Positions 39,193-53,135 of a stretch of 64,000 bases of DNA are shown here, piece after piece; position 1 is the stretch's first letter; every line of letters begins with the position of its first letter. The notes under the pieces were generated by a model. That model saw nothing but the letters and a program-made list of their open reading frames with translations. It was not told where the DNA came from and searched no databases. Position numbers and translations under genes: made by a program. The stretch is from NCBI RefSeq assembly GCF_006345805.1, contig NC_043021.1, positions 22,692,001 to 22,756,000 of the forward strand, read 5' to 3'. This DNA is from Octopus sinensis (lineage: Eukaryota).

Positions 39193-40298
39193 GCCTTGAT
39201 AATGAATATGAGAACGGAATGAAGCTAAATTATACACAATATTAATTATTGAACCGATTACGTAGTCTTTGTGTTAAAATATTTCCAAGAAACGTTCTCT
39301 TTAAGATAAACAGGCAAATGGCTAGGGTAGTGAAATATCGCGTAATACGGTAATGATTTTTCTTGGATAAAACTCTATGGCATCCGGACATTCTTACAAT
39401 TCAATTTATAGTCCAGAATTTCATCAACTGTCCGTTAGGAGTCAAATTCTGCTCCATTGTCATCTAAACTGCAATTATTCCCAGTTGACTCTATTCTATG
39501 TTTGTTTCGGAGCATGCCTTAGCCATTTGATTTTGTGTGGTTTCATGAAGATATCAGGCCCTTTCAAAGGCTTTATTAATGAAATAATCTGCATTTTGCT
39601 CGGTTAAATTAAGCTAACTTTGAAAAAGCAGGCTGAGAAGAGAAGCATTTGATGGAAGCAAGTGATGCAGCTGACGTGTCTGTCTCCCGTGGGAGTCGAC
39701 AAGATTAAGCAATTCTAAGCAGCTTCAAAAGTACTCACATATAAAATAAGTATACACCATAAACCACCGAGCTGCGAACAAGGGGGTCTCTAGATAAGTT
39801 CCGACGTCAAAAGCAGGGGTTGTTGCCGTATCTATCTCAAGAACTGTTTTCGTTGTTTCTAGAACCGCATTATATAATGTGTCTGAACCTTTTACGAGTG
39901 TAGGGTATTTTATGAGGGCGATTTAGTTGATACTTTTTTTTAACAGGCTGGGAAAATTGGTAGTGGCTTTCTCTGGTTTGCTCATCATTTAAATTGTTTT
40001 ATATTCAGTCCAGTAGGATTAAATCAATCTTCATAAACACAGACTTTATAATCTAATCAACCAATAAACTCCCAGTGAGCGGTTTTAATTTTTGCTTCAA
40101 TCTAATTCACTTCGCTTGCTGGTTATAAGTATACAACACACGATCCTCTGATTCTTTATTACTTTTTTTATTGTTGCTCTTGTTATATTTCCTTTTACAT
40201 TTCGATCGCTGACGTTTACCCAAACTGAATCAATATTAACAAAATTCGAAGTTATCATGTGTTTTGATGTTATTTTAAGCAGAAAGATAGTTTCGTAG

Positions 40299-40346
40299 GT
40301 GATGAAATTTGTACCACTCTATTACAATTATCTGCCGTATGAACAA
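40299..40346 (+). CDS. Candidate micro-exon (phase 0 to 0)
   Basis: tttcgtag|G acceptor, caa|gtatgt donor; VMKFVPLYYNYLPYEQ. Confidence 0.2.
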
Positions 40347-42750
40347 GTATGTGATGAGACACAGTGGAATTCGATATTGCATTCTACTCTGTTATTATTG
40401 ACGACTTCCAGAAGAATTTTTTATTCTTTTTATTCATTTTTGATTTTGTTTTATTCTGATGGACGAATAGTTGTACGATAGTCTTGATTTCTAGTTTCCG
40501 TGCCGTTAAACAGAGGATAGAAGAAACACTAAAAACATCTTGTCTAGACACAAGTGTAATTCAAGTAAAAATGTCCTTCTGGGTAAACTCGTTGCTGCTG
40601 GAAAAAATCGCTTAAAACGTGTACAGTACTTATAAATTATTCATCAAGGAGCGTCAAGAAAGTGTTGCAGCTTCTATGTGGAAGCTCAATTTACAAGAAA
40701 TAACAACCTAACATTCTTTAAGTGACATCCTGCCACGCTAGCATTTAAGTTATACTTATAACATTGTAGTTCCAAGTAGACTACTACGGAAAATTTGTAG
40801 ACATGTTAGTCGGGATTTCAATGTGCTTTTTGATTTTTGCTTTTGAGAAATAAAAACTGCCTGACTGATTGTCACAATCCCTTTTTTTCGTTTTTAATTT
40901 CCAAGCAAGATTAACAAATTTAAAAGATGATATAACAGATCTGAATGTGAATATGCAATTTGCTTTTGTATTTCGTCATTGGAGAAAACCCTTTGCATAT
41001 TCAGCACAATGCGTGTTCGTAAGACACTGAATTCATTGGCCTAGGCATACTTTTGCACACTGATGTTTCGACCTTATTATGCTTTTCTTTGGTTAAAAGG
41101 AAATCCAGCGTGGGCACGAAATCTAACAAGATTTCTCTTTATGGGTTCAGTTAATAAAAGTATTCGCTGATGTGGGCTATGTTGGCAAGCCAAAACTTTG
41201 CTTGATCATATCCCCTAATAAAAGAAAATTGTATTTTGAACTTGGTATCACGTATATCCAATGTACTCGATATAAATGAAAATAGAGGATACGCTACGCG
41301 ACATATAGTTGTGGATATCTGTTTCCAAATATATTTCAAGAAAATAAAATTTAAGGTTTTGAATTATTGGGGTATTTATATCGTTCTTGTCACATTTTAC
41401 CAATGCTATACGATCAATACACAGGTTTAAACCATGGTATTAGGTGGTAGAAACCCGCATCACTGATTTAATTTCCCGTTATAACTGTGCGTTGAACATA
41501 TGCATATTCGGTGTATAATTAAGCGAATAAATAAATGAAGCAATGGATGGGTCATTGAGGAGCTAGCTCTCTATCCATGATATCTTGTGTTAGACCCTAT
41601 TGCATGAGCACCTGTCCATGTGACTTTGCCCCGAGCCGAACAATATATTGAGAGAGTTTGGTAGACGGAAAATAGGAGAAACATCGCATAAGATGTTTGT
41701 TTCCAAACTACATAGCTCTGATTTCAGGCCCATATCGGGAGAATGTCTTCCACTATTGCCTTCCACTATGATCGACCAGAGATTTATGAGTAGGTTTGGC
41801 AGACGGAAACTGATAGACGCCCGTCCTATATATATATTACTTACTACACAGCCTCTCCTACGTCTATATATATATGAGTATCATTAACATAATTAATGAT
41901 AATTTTAATAATAGAATGGCTAGCAAATTTAGACATTTATAGGTAAAATATTAATAAAATGTAGAAGGGTATTGAAATACAATTTGCTACGTACAGGCTG
42001 TCGATTTAAATCGCCATTTATTCACAATAACAATACACACGGTAGATGTGACATAACAGAGACAAGCGTACCTTGCATGGAGTTCCCCACACCGGTTGGC
42101 ATCTGGTGTTGGTGTGTTCGGCAAATGAGAACGATAAGATAAGTACAAATTTGTTCTGTGTTCGAAGATGGCCGCAGTCAAATAACTGCGACAAAGAATA
42201 TAGAAAAAATTATAATTATCTATAATTATCCCGCTCCACCGCTTAACAACTATCTTTGATTTGTCTAGGTCCCCCATGACTTAAAGGTTAATCGAAAACT
42301 AAAACCGATAAAATAAGTACCAAGCTGAAAATATAAATATTGCAGGTCATTTGTCGAACTAAAACCATCAAGACAGTCAGTCCTCAAGCATGAACGTAGT
42401 CCAATGAGTGAAACAAGCACACGGTAAAATATATGAAATTGAAAAATAAATTGCTGAAGAATTGATGTATAAACGAGCGAAAATTGGCTGATAAATAATT
42501 GAAAAATTACATTAGTGAAATAAGCTAAAGATTGAGTGGGAGCAGAAGGAATGATGAATGAAGGTAAAAAGAAAAGTGTGATGACTTTGAATTAAAGAAT
42601 AAATTAATATTTAAAGGAATGGAAGATTAAACAGTTTTAGTATTGAGGAATTAATGAATAGAAAGAATGTGGGCAAGAGTCTGCTACTAGAGGTCCGGGT
42701 CGATGGAAACGTTCAGAGTAGATTAGTTAGATAGAAATTAAAAGCAGTTC

Positions 42751-42796
<46 letters not shown>

Positions 42797-42811
42797 TATA
42801 TATATATATAT

Positions 42812-42848
<37 letters not shown>

Positions 42849-42877
42849 ATGTGTGTGTTTGAGTGTGTGTGTGTCTG

Positions 42878-42967
<90 letters not shown>

Positions 42968-43256
42968 CGTGTGTATTTCTGTTTGGTGTGTATGCCCAAT
43001 ACTGTTTGCTGTTGGTTTGTTTTAGTCCCTGTCAATTAGCAGTACATATATATATATCTATATATATATATACTCAGAATAAGCCACAAGGATATCCAAG
43101 TTAGTATAGTACAAACGTTTCATGCTTCTTCCTTTAATTAAACCATGTAAGTATTACAATCACCCCATTTGATTTATATGGATAATACCATAGTAAATTG
43201 CTGGTGCCTTTACGTTAGATACCATATTTACCTGAATCTAAATTTTGCTGAACTTA

Positions 43257-43297
<41 letters not shown>

Positions 43298-44099
43298 GAG
43301 AGAGAGAGAGGAGTAGGTGAATAAATGGCAAATGTAAATGAAAGGTGGAAAAGGTGAGTGTAGCACATGTGTGGAATAATAAACTTATTTAAGGGAATGT
43401 AGGCCTAAAGAAATTTAAAAAATGAAACAAATAATGTGATAAATGAATAAACAAACAGTGAATTAAAGAATAAGGGAAGTATGGGTTAATAGATTAATAA
43501 AGTATTACAAGAGAATAGATCATTAAATGAAGACTTGTAGAGGAAAGAACGGATGAGTGGAATAATTTTAGGGAAGAGAGGAATATGAATATAGAAGCTG
43601 GTGCTAATGGAGGAGTAGAAGTATTGAGGAATTAAAGAATGTCAGAAATAAACGAATGGAAAAAAGAAAGCTGAATGAGTGAATCGATAAAATTAATATT
43701 GAAGGGAATTGAAATTATGAAAAAAAAAAATATTATTACATGGGGATATTAATGAATAGCTGAATTGTTTTATAAATGTATTTAGAAATATATAGGAAAA
43801 GAAAATCGAAGATATGGGTTATAAATAAATGTATGGACGACGCATTAACTGGAGGAAATTTGTAGGAGTGACTGAATGAAATAATCGTTGCAGAAGAGGG
43901 AAGTAATAGAAGGAAACCTGACCAGTGAAATATACACATCTGAACATTGGGTAAGAACACCTCGTTGTCTGTTTACCTAACAGATTGTGAGCGGATGGCG
44001 TCCTTTTGTAAGCGTGCAATGTGTTTCCCTTGTGTGCTAATTACGGAATATTTCAAAGCGCCGATTATTGAAATGCCTAGAAACTATCTCTCGTAAGCT

Positions 44100-44403
44100 C
44101 AGTGAATCACAACTTATCACATTGTCCTGAGGGAGATCAAAGAGGAAAAGGATCCCATCAACTTTAAACAGAGTCTGGATAGATTCCTTCAAAGAATACC
44201 AGATAAGCCACCCATAATTGGATACAACTCACCCAAGAACTTACTACATGAAGAAAACTGGATACAACTCACCCAACAAGAACTCACTACTTGAACAAAA
44301 CTTGACTTAAACAGGATTCGAATAATCCTATCAGGTGGTGCTATTAAGTTAGACATGGCCTGGACCAATCTCTGGTCGAAATATATCTAAGTTTATCTAA
44401 GTT

Positions 44404-44407
<4 letters not shown>
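44100..44407 (+). mobile_element. CR1/L2-group LINE 3' end
   Basis: IVLREIKEEKDPINFKQSLDRFLQRIPDKPPIIGYNS resembles the C-terminal FK..LD.FL..IPD.P..GY motif; tandem tail (atctaagttt)2. Confidence 0.65.
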
Positions 44408-44435
<28 letters not shown>

Positions 44436-44509
44436 CTAAATGCGCGTGTGTGTTTGTATGCGTGTGTGCGTGTGAGCGTGTGTGTTTCTGTTTGGTGTGC
44501 GTGTGTGTG

Positions 44510-44750
44510 TGGAGGCGCAATCGCCCAGTAGTTAGGGTCAGCGGACTCACAGTCGTACGATCGCAATTTCGATTCCCAGAGCGGGCATTGTGAGTGTTTA
44601 TTGAGAGAAAAGACCTAAACTCCACGAGGCTCCGGCAGGGGTGGAGACGATCCCTGCTGTACTGTTCCGTCACAGCTTACTCTCACTCTTCTGTTGGCCT
44701 GCTCGCTTGGCCAGCGGGATGGCGACGTTGGAGGCTAAAACAATGCGAGG
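44510..44750 (+). mobile_element. SINE family B1, 3'-truncated
   Basis: Head B plus the start of tail 1. Confidence 0.85.
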
Positions 44751-44765
44751 CTAAAACGAATTTAA

Positions 44766-44803
<38 letters not shown>

Positions 44804-44821
44804 CTCGCTATATATATATAC

Positions 44822-44983
44822 ACACGACGGCCGTCTTTCAGTTTCCATATGGAACATTCTCTCTCACGACTTTGGTTGGCCAGGGGATATAATAGAATCC
44901 ACTTAGCCAAGGTGCCACGCAGCGGTACTGAACCCAGATGCATGTGGTTGGGAAGCAAGCTTCTTACCACACAGCCGCGCCTG
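44822..44983 (-). mobile_element. SINE family C head + CORE
   Basis: Reverse complement of 37757-37920, diverged. Confidence 0.8.
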
Positions 44984-45651
44984 GGTGTATATGTGTGCAT
45001 AATGACAGAGGGCAATGAATTCAGACAGCTTTTCATTTAGCGCTTATATATTTGTTTAGTATGAAAGATGTAATCATAAAATGTCTTTGTGTACATTAAA
45101 CAAGATGTTAAAGTATTGAGAGCTATATTATTATTTTATATATTGTTTCAAAGAATTAGAGTTAAATAAGTCGGATAATTTCGCTAAAATGAGGTCAGGT
45201 GTATAAATGACACACATATTGCGACCATGTTTATACTTGCATACATACATACACACATACATATATATATATATGTACATACATATATATACACACATAT
45301 ATATATAAATGTACATACATATATATACACACATATATACACACATATATACATACATAAATATAGATATAAATACACACACATATATATATATACACAT
45401 ATGTACATAAAAACACAGCTAAATATATACTTATGTACACACGTGAGAGAGGTGTATGCTATTACGTACGTATTTAGATGGTGAAACACCAACCCACACC
45501 CACACACACATATATATATATACATGTATATAAATATGCTTATATACATATATAAATACCTATGTATACACCTAATATCGAAATCGACGTTTTGGTTTTC
45601 TAGCACATATTTGCAAACCACAAATTTTACAGATTTTTCTCCGATTACTCT

Positions 45652-45731
<80 letters not shown>

Positions 45732-46138
45732 TGTGTGTGTGTGTTGTGTGTGTGTGTGTCTGTATGTATGCGCATTAACCGCACAGGCGGAGAAACACGC
45801 AAATACAAGACACGTTATTCGCTCTTCTCCATTAATGAATCTGAATGGAATAATGACGGAAAAGCTGTGTTACGGAAAGATCATAGTATATAGCATCGTT
45901 TGATGTACTCTCTCTCCATACCGATCTCCCTCACCCTTTCTGCCGTCTGTCCCACCACCACTTTTTCACAGACTCTCTCTCTTCATATATATATATATAT
46001 ATATACATACATATATAGATAGATAGATAGATACTCATATATATATTCCTTATGCATACATGTATACAGATACCTTATACGTACATACAAATATATATAT
46101 ATATATATATATAGATATATATATATATATGTGTGTGT

Positions 46139-46190
<52 letters not shown>

Positions 46191-46244
46191 TGTATGTGTG
46201 TGTGAGTGTGGATATGTGTGTGAGTGTGGATATGTGTGTGTGTA

Positions 46245-46481
46245 GTCTTCAGTGGCCATTGCCGTATCTTCCAGAAAAACTAACTTATCCTGTTATCATA
46301 TTATTCCGTTAGAGCGCAGAAATACAGTTATTTTGGTTTTCAGCAGATCGATAACATATACACAGGAATTTTCATCAAAGACTATTGTTATTTCCCAGTG
46401 AAATTACAGTGTTTGTTTACGTACGAAGATTACAGTTTGATCGAGATTTTGAGATAGAGAAAGTATTTGAGAAAGTGTTTG

Positions 46482-46563
<82 letters not shown>

Positions 46564-46597
46564 TGTGTGTGTGTGTGTGGTGTGTGTGTGTGTGTGT

Positions 46598-46637
<40 letters not shown>

Positions 46638-46897
46638 TGTGTGTGTGTATGTGTGTGTGTGTGTCTTCAGTGGCCATTGCCGTATCTTCCAGAAAAACTT
46701 ACTTATCCTGTTATCATATTATTCCGTTAGAGCGCAGAAATACAGTTATTTTGGTTTTCAGCAGATCGATAACATATACACAGGAATTTTCATCAAAGAC
46801 TATTGTTATTTCCCAGTGAAATTACAGTGTTGTTTACGTACGAAGATTACAGTTTGATCGAGATTTTGAGATAGAGAAAGTATTTGAGAAGTGTTTG

Positions 46898-46900
<3 letters not shown>
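46245..46900. repeat. Tandem duplication of a ~240 bp unique segment separated by microsatellite
   Basis: 46245-46484 and 46663-46900 differ only by one substitution and two single-base indels. Confidence 0.95.
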
Positions 46901-46938
<38 letters not shown>

Positions 46939-47589
46939 GAGTTACAAATAGATATTCAGTTATAGAGGCAGAGAGCGAAATGAAGACGCTACTTGAACAT
47001 GTGTATGTATGTATGTATGTATGTGTGTCTGTGTTATATCTTCGTAAACTCCTGGTTTCTTAAATTCAAATCACCTTTTACCTATTTCGGATTTCGATTT
47101 CTTCATGATCGACAAATGAGAAAATATATTTTTTTTCCAGCGAAACATTTTTCCAGTTGCCTGTGAGACATTATCCATGTATCCATGAATCCATTGCTTT
47201 TAAACAACATGTTGTGTGAGACAGGTTGTACTATTAATTCTAGGGGATTACTGACAGCCCATTCTCACAGCCCCATTTTTCTGCTTAAACTTTTGTCAGT
47301 TTTTCAAAACGTTCCTCATGTTCTTATGTTTCTTCCATCCAGTTTTTTTTTTCCTTTTTCGTCAACACAACCCCGCTTTTCATTCTTGTGTTTTCTTTGG
47401 TGGCTGTTGTTTATACCAATTCATCAACAATGGACCAGCATATTTATAAAATATATTCCATATTTCTCTACCATGTATATTGTTTTCAGATTATGATCAT
47501 CTATAATTTCCAGAAACTAGTTAATTCTAGATCTTACGTACTAAAATATATAGTTGGCTCGCATGCATACATACACACACACACACACA

Positions 47590-47805
47590 CATACACACAC
47601 ACAGACACGCATTTCAGTCATTTGACTATGGCCGTGCCGAAGCACTGCCTTTAGTCGAACGAATCGACCCCAGGAATTATTCTTTCGAAGCCTAGTACTT
47701 ATTTTATCGGTTATTTTGCCGAACTGCTAAATTACGGAGGCGTGAACATACCAACATCGATTGTCAAGCGCTGGTGAGGGGAGAAGCAGACACCCACACA
47801 AATAT
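47590..47805 (-). mobile_element. SINE family C tail
   Basis: Reverse complement of the tail in 38251-38486. Confidence 0.8.
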
Positions 47806-48180
47806 ATTCATATATACAACAGGCTAAGACTTTATTTGACGGGGGTAGACAGTTCTCATTCCACTTGTTTTGAGTTCGATCACAGACAACGCTCTAAGGT
47901 AATTCACATAATTCAAATGAAGCGTATAAATGTCACGAAACGCAGAGTGCAGGCTGAGGACAGTTTAGCCACGAAGATGAAATAAAGAAAGCCTAAACTT
48001 GCGAGACAACAACGGAGTTCACCCCACAGGACACTGGAACACAGCTGGTGGTGTATGAAACAGCCAAAAGCTAGAGAAGGTATAACTGAAGATGTGAAAC
48101 CAGTCCGACTATTGTAAACTATATACATAATATAAGAATTTGGTCATGAACAGGGGAAAATGTGGGCAATGTGTGGCTGG

Positions 48181-48481
48181 ATCATCGTGGCACTCCATCG
48201 GTTAAGACGATGAGGGTTCCGGTTGATCCGATTAACGGAATAGCCAGCTCGTGGAATTAACGTGTAAGGGAAATTCACACGCATGTGTACCCTTAACGTA
48301 GTTCTCTGGGAAATTCAGCGCGATAGAGAGTGTGACAAAGCTGGCCCTTTGCAACACAGGTACAACATAACGAGTGGGAGAAAGTTGTGGTGAAAGAGTA
48401 GGGCAGAGATCGCCACCATCCCCTGCTGGGGCTTCGTGGAGTTTTAGGTGTTTTCGCTCTATAAACACTCACAACGCCCGG
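48181..48481 (-). mobile_element. SINE family B2, head-truncated, ending in a short (GAT)n
   Basis: Matches 38810-39120; sense 3' end 'ggagtgccacgatgat'. Confidence 0.85.
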
Positions 48482-48806
48482 CCCGTGAAATTAGGTGCCT
48501 TTTCTCTAAATAATTTTGTTTACTTTTCGAAAATTTATGTTCTTTTTTTTTCTATAACACTCCTTTGGAATTCCCTTCTTAATGTTTCCATTGATTATAT
48601 ATTTGGAGCTTTCCACTCATCTTACCGAACCATTGCCATCTTCCGATTACACCCGTATTTATTTGTATTATCGTTTCGTGAATAAATTTGCTTTTGCCTT
48701 CTATTATCTGTTCTATGTCTTGATTTCCTTCATCTGAGAGGAATTAGGCATTGTAATGGGTAGGGAGAATATCCCATCTCCCAGGTACTCCCGGGTACCT
48801 CAGGTA

Positions 48807-48888
<82 letters not shown>

Positions 48889-48966
48889 CAAAGTAGCTTT
48901 GCTAACATGTCTAGAAGAGATATAAGCAGTAACAATACTGAAAAGTAATCTTTGTTGCCTCTTCAG

Positions 48967-49058
48967 CATGGCTGTTTGGTGCGTATCAACGTTCCTACCA
49001 TTTTTTTAAAACCCAGGATATTATCTCCTCCAACATCTGTCCGATATATTTCAAGCAG
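48967..49058 (+). CDS. Candidate internal exon (phase 1 to 0)
   Basis: Acceptor ttgcctcttcag, donor cag|gtgatc; WLFGAYQRSYHFFKTQDIISSNICPIYFKQ. The frame stays open to 49238. Confidence 0.3.
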
Positions 49059-49636
49059 GTGATCGAACCCCTACCATTTAGCTTTTCCACAGGACCTGCA
49101 GAGCAATCTGGTTCCAGGATATTTCTCTTTCTTAATACTGGACATCTGTTTGCTAGACATAGTAGTCGTTCGTCCTTGGTCACAATCTATAGAAAACTAA
49201 GCGGCATTCAGCCACTGATTTTGCAACAAGCGAAGTAGTTAGTTTTAAAATCTCCAAATGAGATATAAGTTGTAATGTGATGATATACTGGGTATTCAAA
49301 AGTCTTTCCGCTGTTAATGTTTTTCATCCTCACCGTCCAAGTGTCAAATTCTCCAACATGTGTAGAAGAGTGAACTTAAGTGTTGAAAACGAAAGACGAT
49401 CCTTTCAACAACTCTTATAAACATTTTTTTGAACCCATGTAAAGTCTAATATATTCTTTTGTAGTCTTATAACGCCTTATATATGTTTATTTTGCAATAC
49501 AATACTGCGGAGAGACATATTGAACACTCCGTATAATCATCTTTATTATCGGACGAACGGGAACGTGAAACTGAGTAAAAGTTCTATGATAGTTTTGCAG
49601 TTTTAATAAAAAAAAAAGTATGTATCTGTGGCATGG

Positions 49637-49715
<79 letters not shown>

Positions 49716-51246
49716 GTTTATAGACGCATATATGCGTGTTTCTGCGTTACACTTCACGATGTCTTTTTATTTGTAACACTCCCATCCGAAACAATGTTGA
49801 AAAGAAAGCTGGAATACACAACACAAAGAACAGACAATATCAAAACCAACTGGACATGAAAGCAACTGTTAATAATTATATAAATAGGAGGACAATTCGT
49901 CTGAAGACTGCAGATTGATGTAGTCGTGTTGCCATTGAATGTGGTGTAGAAACAATATGAAACAAGACCGTCCATACAAAGACATAAATATCTATTATGG
50001 AGATAATTTGATAAATATGTATCGAATGGCATCTAATATCATTTTGATAGAATTCTATAAATTATAACATGGCACGATGCCAAGTCCTTTGAGTATTTAC
50101 CGATTCCGAAACAGTGGAATCTGAGGAAATTAGTAACGGTCTCTATTGGTGAATGTTAAGGTCAAAACAAGATCGGAAATTAGTAGATATAAAGTTGCTG
50201 TTGTGACTAAGAGAAGATAGCGCTAAAGTTTTGAATAAAGTTTTTTGTCGGAAAGTAAACCCTCCCTTACTGTAATATAATATTTTCGTTCCTTACAGAC
50301 TGAGATCTTAGCATTTCTGACAGCAAAACTATTTGTCCAAAAGGAGTGCAGCTTAAAACAATATTCTCCCGCTAAACCTCTCAATGAAGATAATTACCAA
50401 ATAGAGTACCCATTGAAAAATCAGCACATATGTGCTTCAAGGGAAATCTGAATTGCTCATAGGGACAGTATGACACGTTAATCTTCATTTACCCCACACA
50501 GAAAAAAAAAATCGTATAACCCGCCCGAAATTTTACATTGTTATCTTCTTTACTACAGAATATTCCCCATCAATTAGATAATTATATCTGTAACAGTAGC
50601 TTCTGTTTCATGAAGAATATCATCCACAAATATCATCCGCCTCGTCTACCATCACCACTACTTTTATCGATAGCAGAAAGATTTATTCATCACAAATTTA
50701 TGCACCCAGTCATAATAATGTTAATGAGGGCACAAATATATATATATCAGAAATTTCAGAAGAAAAACAATGTAAAAAATTCGGCCAAGGGTTGATAAGG
50801 AACTGTTTTTGAGGTATTGTAACATATTTCTAGCAATACCTTGTGCTGGTCAATAACCTGTGTAAGTTTTTTGACCTCTATTAACTTGCCTTTCCGTTCA
50901 AATTGCTTATAAGCCACCCATTTAATTTCTTTTTCACACGTTTACCACTTTAAAGATCAGCACACGTTTTAAATGGCTTTCCTTATAAGACTGTGAAAGT
51001 AGTTGAGTTTAACCCTAGGTGTTATGACACAATGACGAGGATTAAGATGCTATGCATCAATATCCCAAATCGTTCGATCCGGCTACATACGCTGCGGAGT
51101 TACTTCCCTTTGCCAATCATTAAATATAAAGCTTTGCGGATTTTGAGTTATTTTAACTCTTTTTTCTAGCAATTACTGGTACTGGTCAGTACCTTCTGTC
51201 TCTTTTGTGACCTGTCTTATATATATATATATGTGTGTGTGTGTGT

Positions 51247-51302
<56 letters not shown>

Positions 51303-51568
51303 CATATAAACACAAAAGAAAACTACCCTTTAACAGGTAATTTTTTTACATGCTAGAAATAGCAGCCAATACTGCCAAAACCACTATTTAATAGCAATTT
51401 TAAAGGGTTGTTTTCTTTTGTGTTTAAATGAACACTATTTTCAACGATGAACATGTTGTCTATTGGCTATTTATACATGCTAGGCCACTGGTGGTGATAT
51501 GTATAACGAATATTCGCTACCCTATTTATGTATCTTATGTATGTATATATTTATGTATGTATGTATAT

Positions 51569-51602
<34 letters not shown>

Positions 51603-51633
51603 CGCGAGAAAGAAGCAACAAGAATGGATAGGT

Positions 51634-51723
51634 TTTTAGTACGATCGTTTCATACAAGGACAGGTTTTATTAAAAGTGCAAAGATTACAGCATATAAACG
51701 AGTCCCGTACTCATCAGCTAAAA
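51634..51723 (-). ncRNA. Type I hammerhead ribozyme motif (sense to the PLE ORF)
   Basis: ttttag CTGATGA gtacgggac...gtccttgtat GAAA cgatcg TA ctaaaa: 6-bp helix I, full core, helix II, palindromic helix III and a GUA cleavage triplet. Activity untested. Confidence 0.85.
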
Positions 51724-53135
51724 TACATGTAAGTTCTCTAGACATCCTAGTGTTTGAGGCTATACTCATGAAGTAATGTAGATAATTAAACAGATTTCTA
51801 AAGTTCATTAAAGTTCTTTAAAGATGATGTATAGTCTTATCACAGAATTTTAAAAAGTTTTGATAGCATCACAGAGAAGGTGACCTAATCCATATGAATT
51901 TCCATAGATATGATGAGGGATTATATACTCACAGAAGACAATTTATCCATTGTTATTAGCATTACAGAGAGGGTGAATTAATCCTTTGTATATATGCACA
52001 GATTCCAATGGTGTAGATGTAAATTTCCAGAGAAATGGAGATGAATTTCATATTCACAGGCGATAAATTTTACAATGGTTGAACACATGAGGTAGGTACC
52101 AATCCTTGTTATATGATTAGGTGTTTGCCATATTAATCACATTACTGCTATTCACAAGAGGCTGTAGCTATTTAACTCTTAAAGGCTGAAGGGCTTACTA
52201 GATCGGCCAAGAATAGAGAAGGGAATAGAAGAAAAGAGAGAAAATAATGGAGGAGGGAGCAAAAAAGGGGGGGGGGAAAGGGGGACTAAAAGAGAAGAGA
52301 AAAGGAAACAGAGAATAAGAAGAAGAAAAAGAAGAAAGAGAAAAGAGAAAGAAATAGGGAAAGAAGGGAAAAAAAGAAAAAGAAAAAAGAGGGTTCTAGT
52401 TATACAGAAGAGCTAGTAGACTGTAAGTCTGGTTTTAATCAACAGGCATCTAGGAATTAGAGGGGAATATTATTCTTTGACCAGTAAACCGTTAATTTAT
52501 TGCTGTTGAAATCAGCTATGAGTTTAAAGAGAATCTAAAGAGATAACACAGTCAGGGGTTAAGGGGTCAGATGCTAAAATCACCAGAAAATACATTAGGA
52601 AAATCTAAGTATAATCTTATCAAAAAGTCATTAAAAATTTACTTATTTAATTTATTCATTTTATTGTCTTAAGGAGTTGTCGTTATTATTCATACATTGA
52701 CTGACTACAGGTCAAATCTTATAAGATCATTTACAAGGTGTTAGGGGATTGTCTATCCTAATGAAGATAATCATATTATCACCGAGGGAATAGCCTTATT
52801 TATTTAATTATGAAATAGAATTATGGGGCTACAGTAACTAATTATAATTTATTAGAGTTATGCTATTTAAATTAGATTAAGTTAGGAATTAAAATTAAAT
52901 ATTACAATTAAGATTTAAAATTAAGAATTTAAAAATTGTGAGTTTGAAATTAAATAAAGCCTCAATTAAGTAGCGAATAAGTACTATTCATTTCCCTGTT
53001 CTCAAAAAACTGATGCAGATATAAGGAAAAAGATAAAGATAACTGTAATGTGAGAACTCTTAGTTATCTACTTAAAGCAGTGCTATACTAGTAGAAATCA
53101 AGTTATATCTATCTATCTAGTTATGAATATTCCAA

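Noticed and set aside
43108-43135. Minus-strand GGAAGAAGCATGAAACGTT, like a minimal PLE hammerhead
   Set aside because: The CT of the core is missing and there is no helix I; too degenerate to call.
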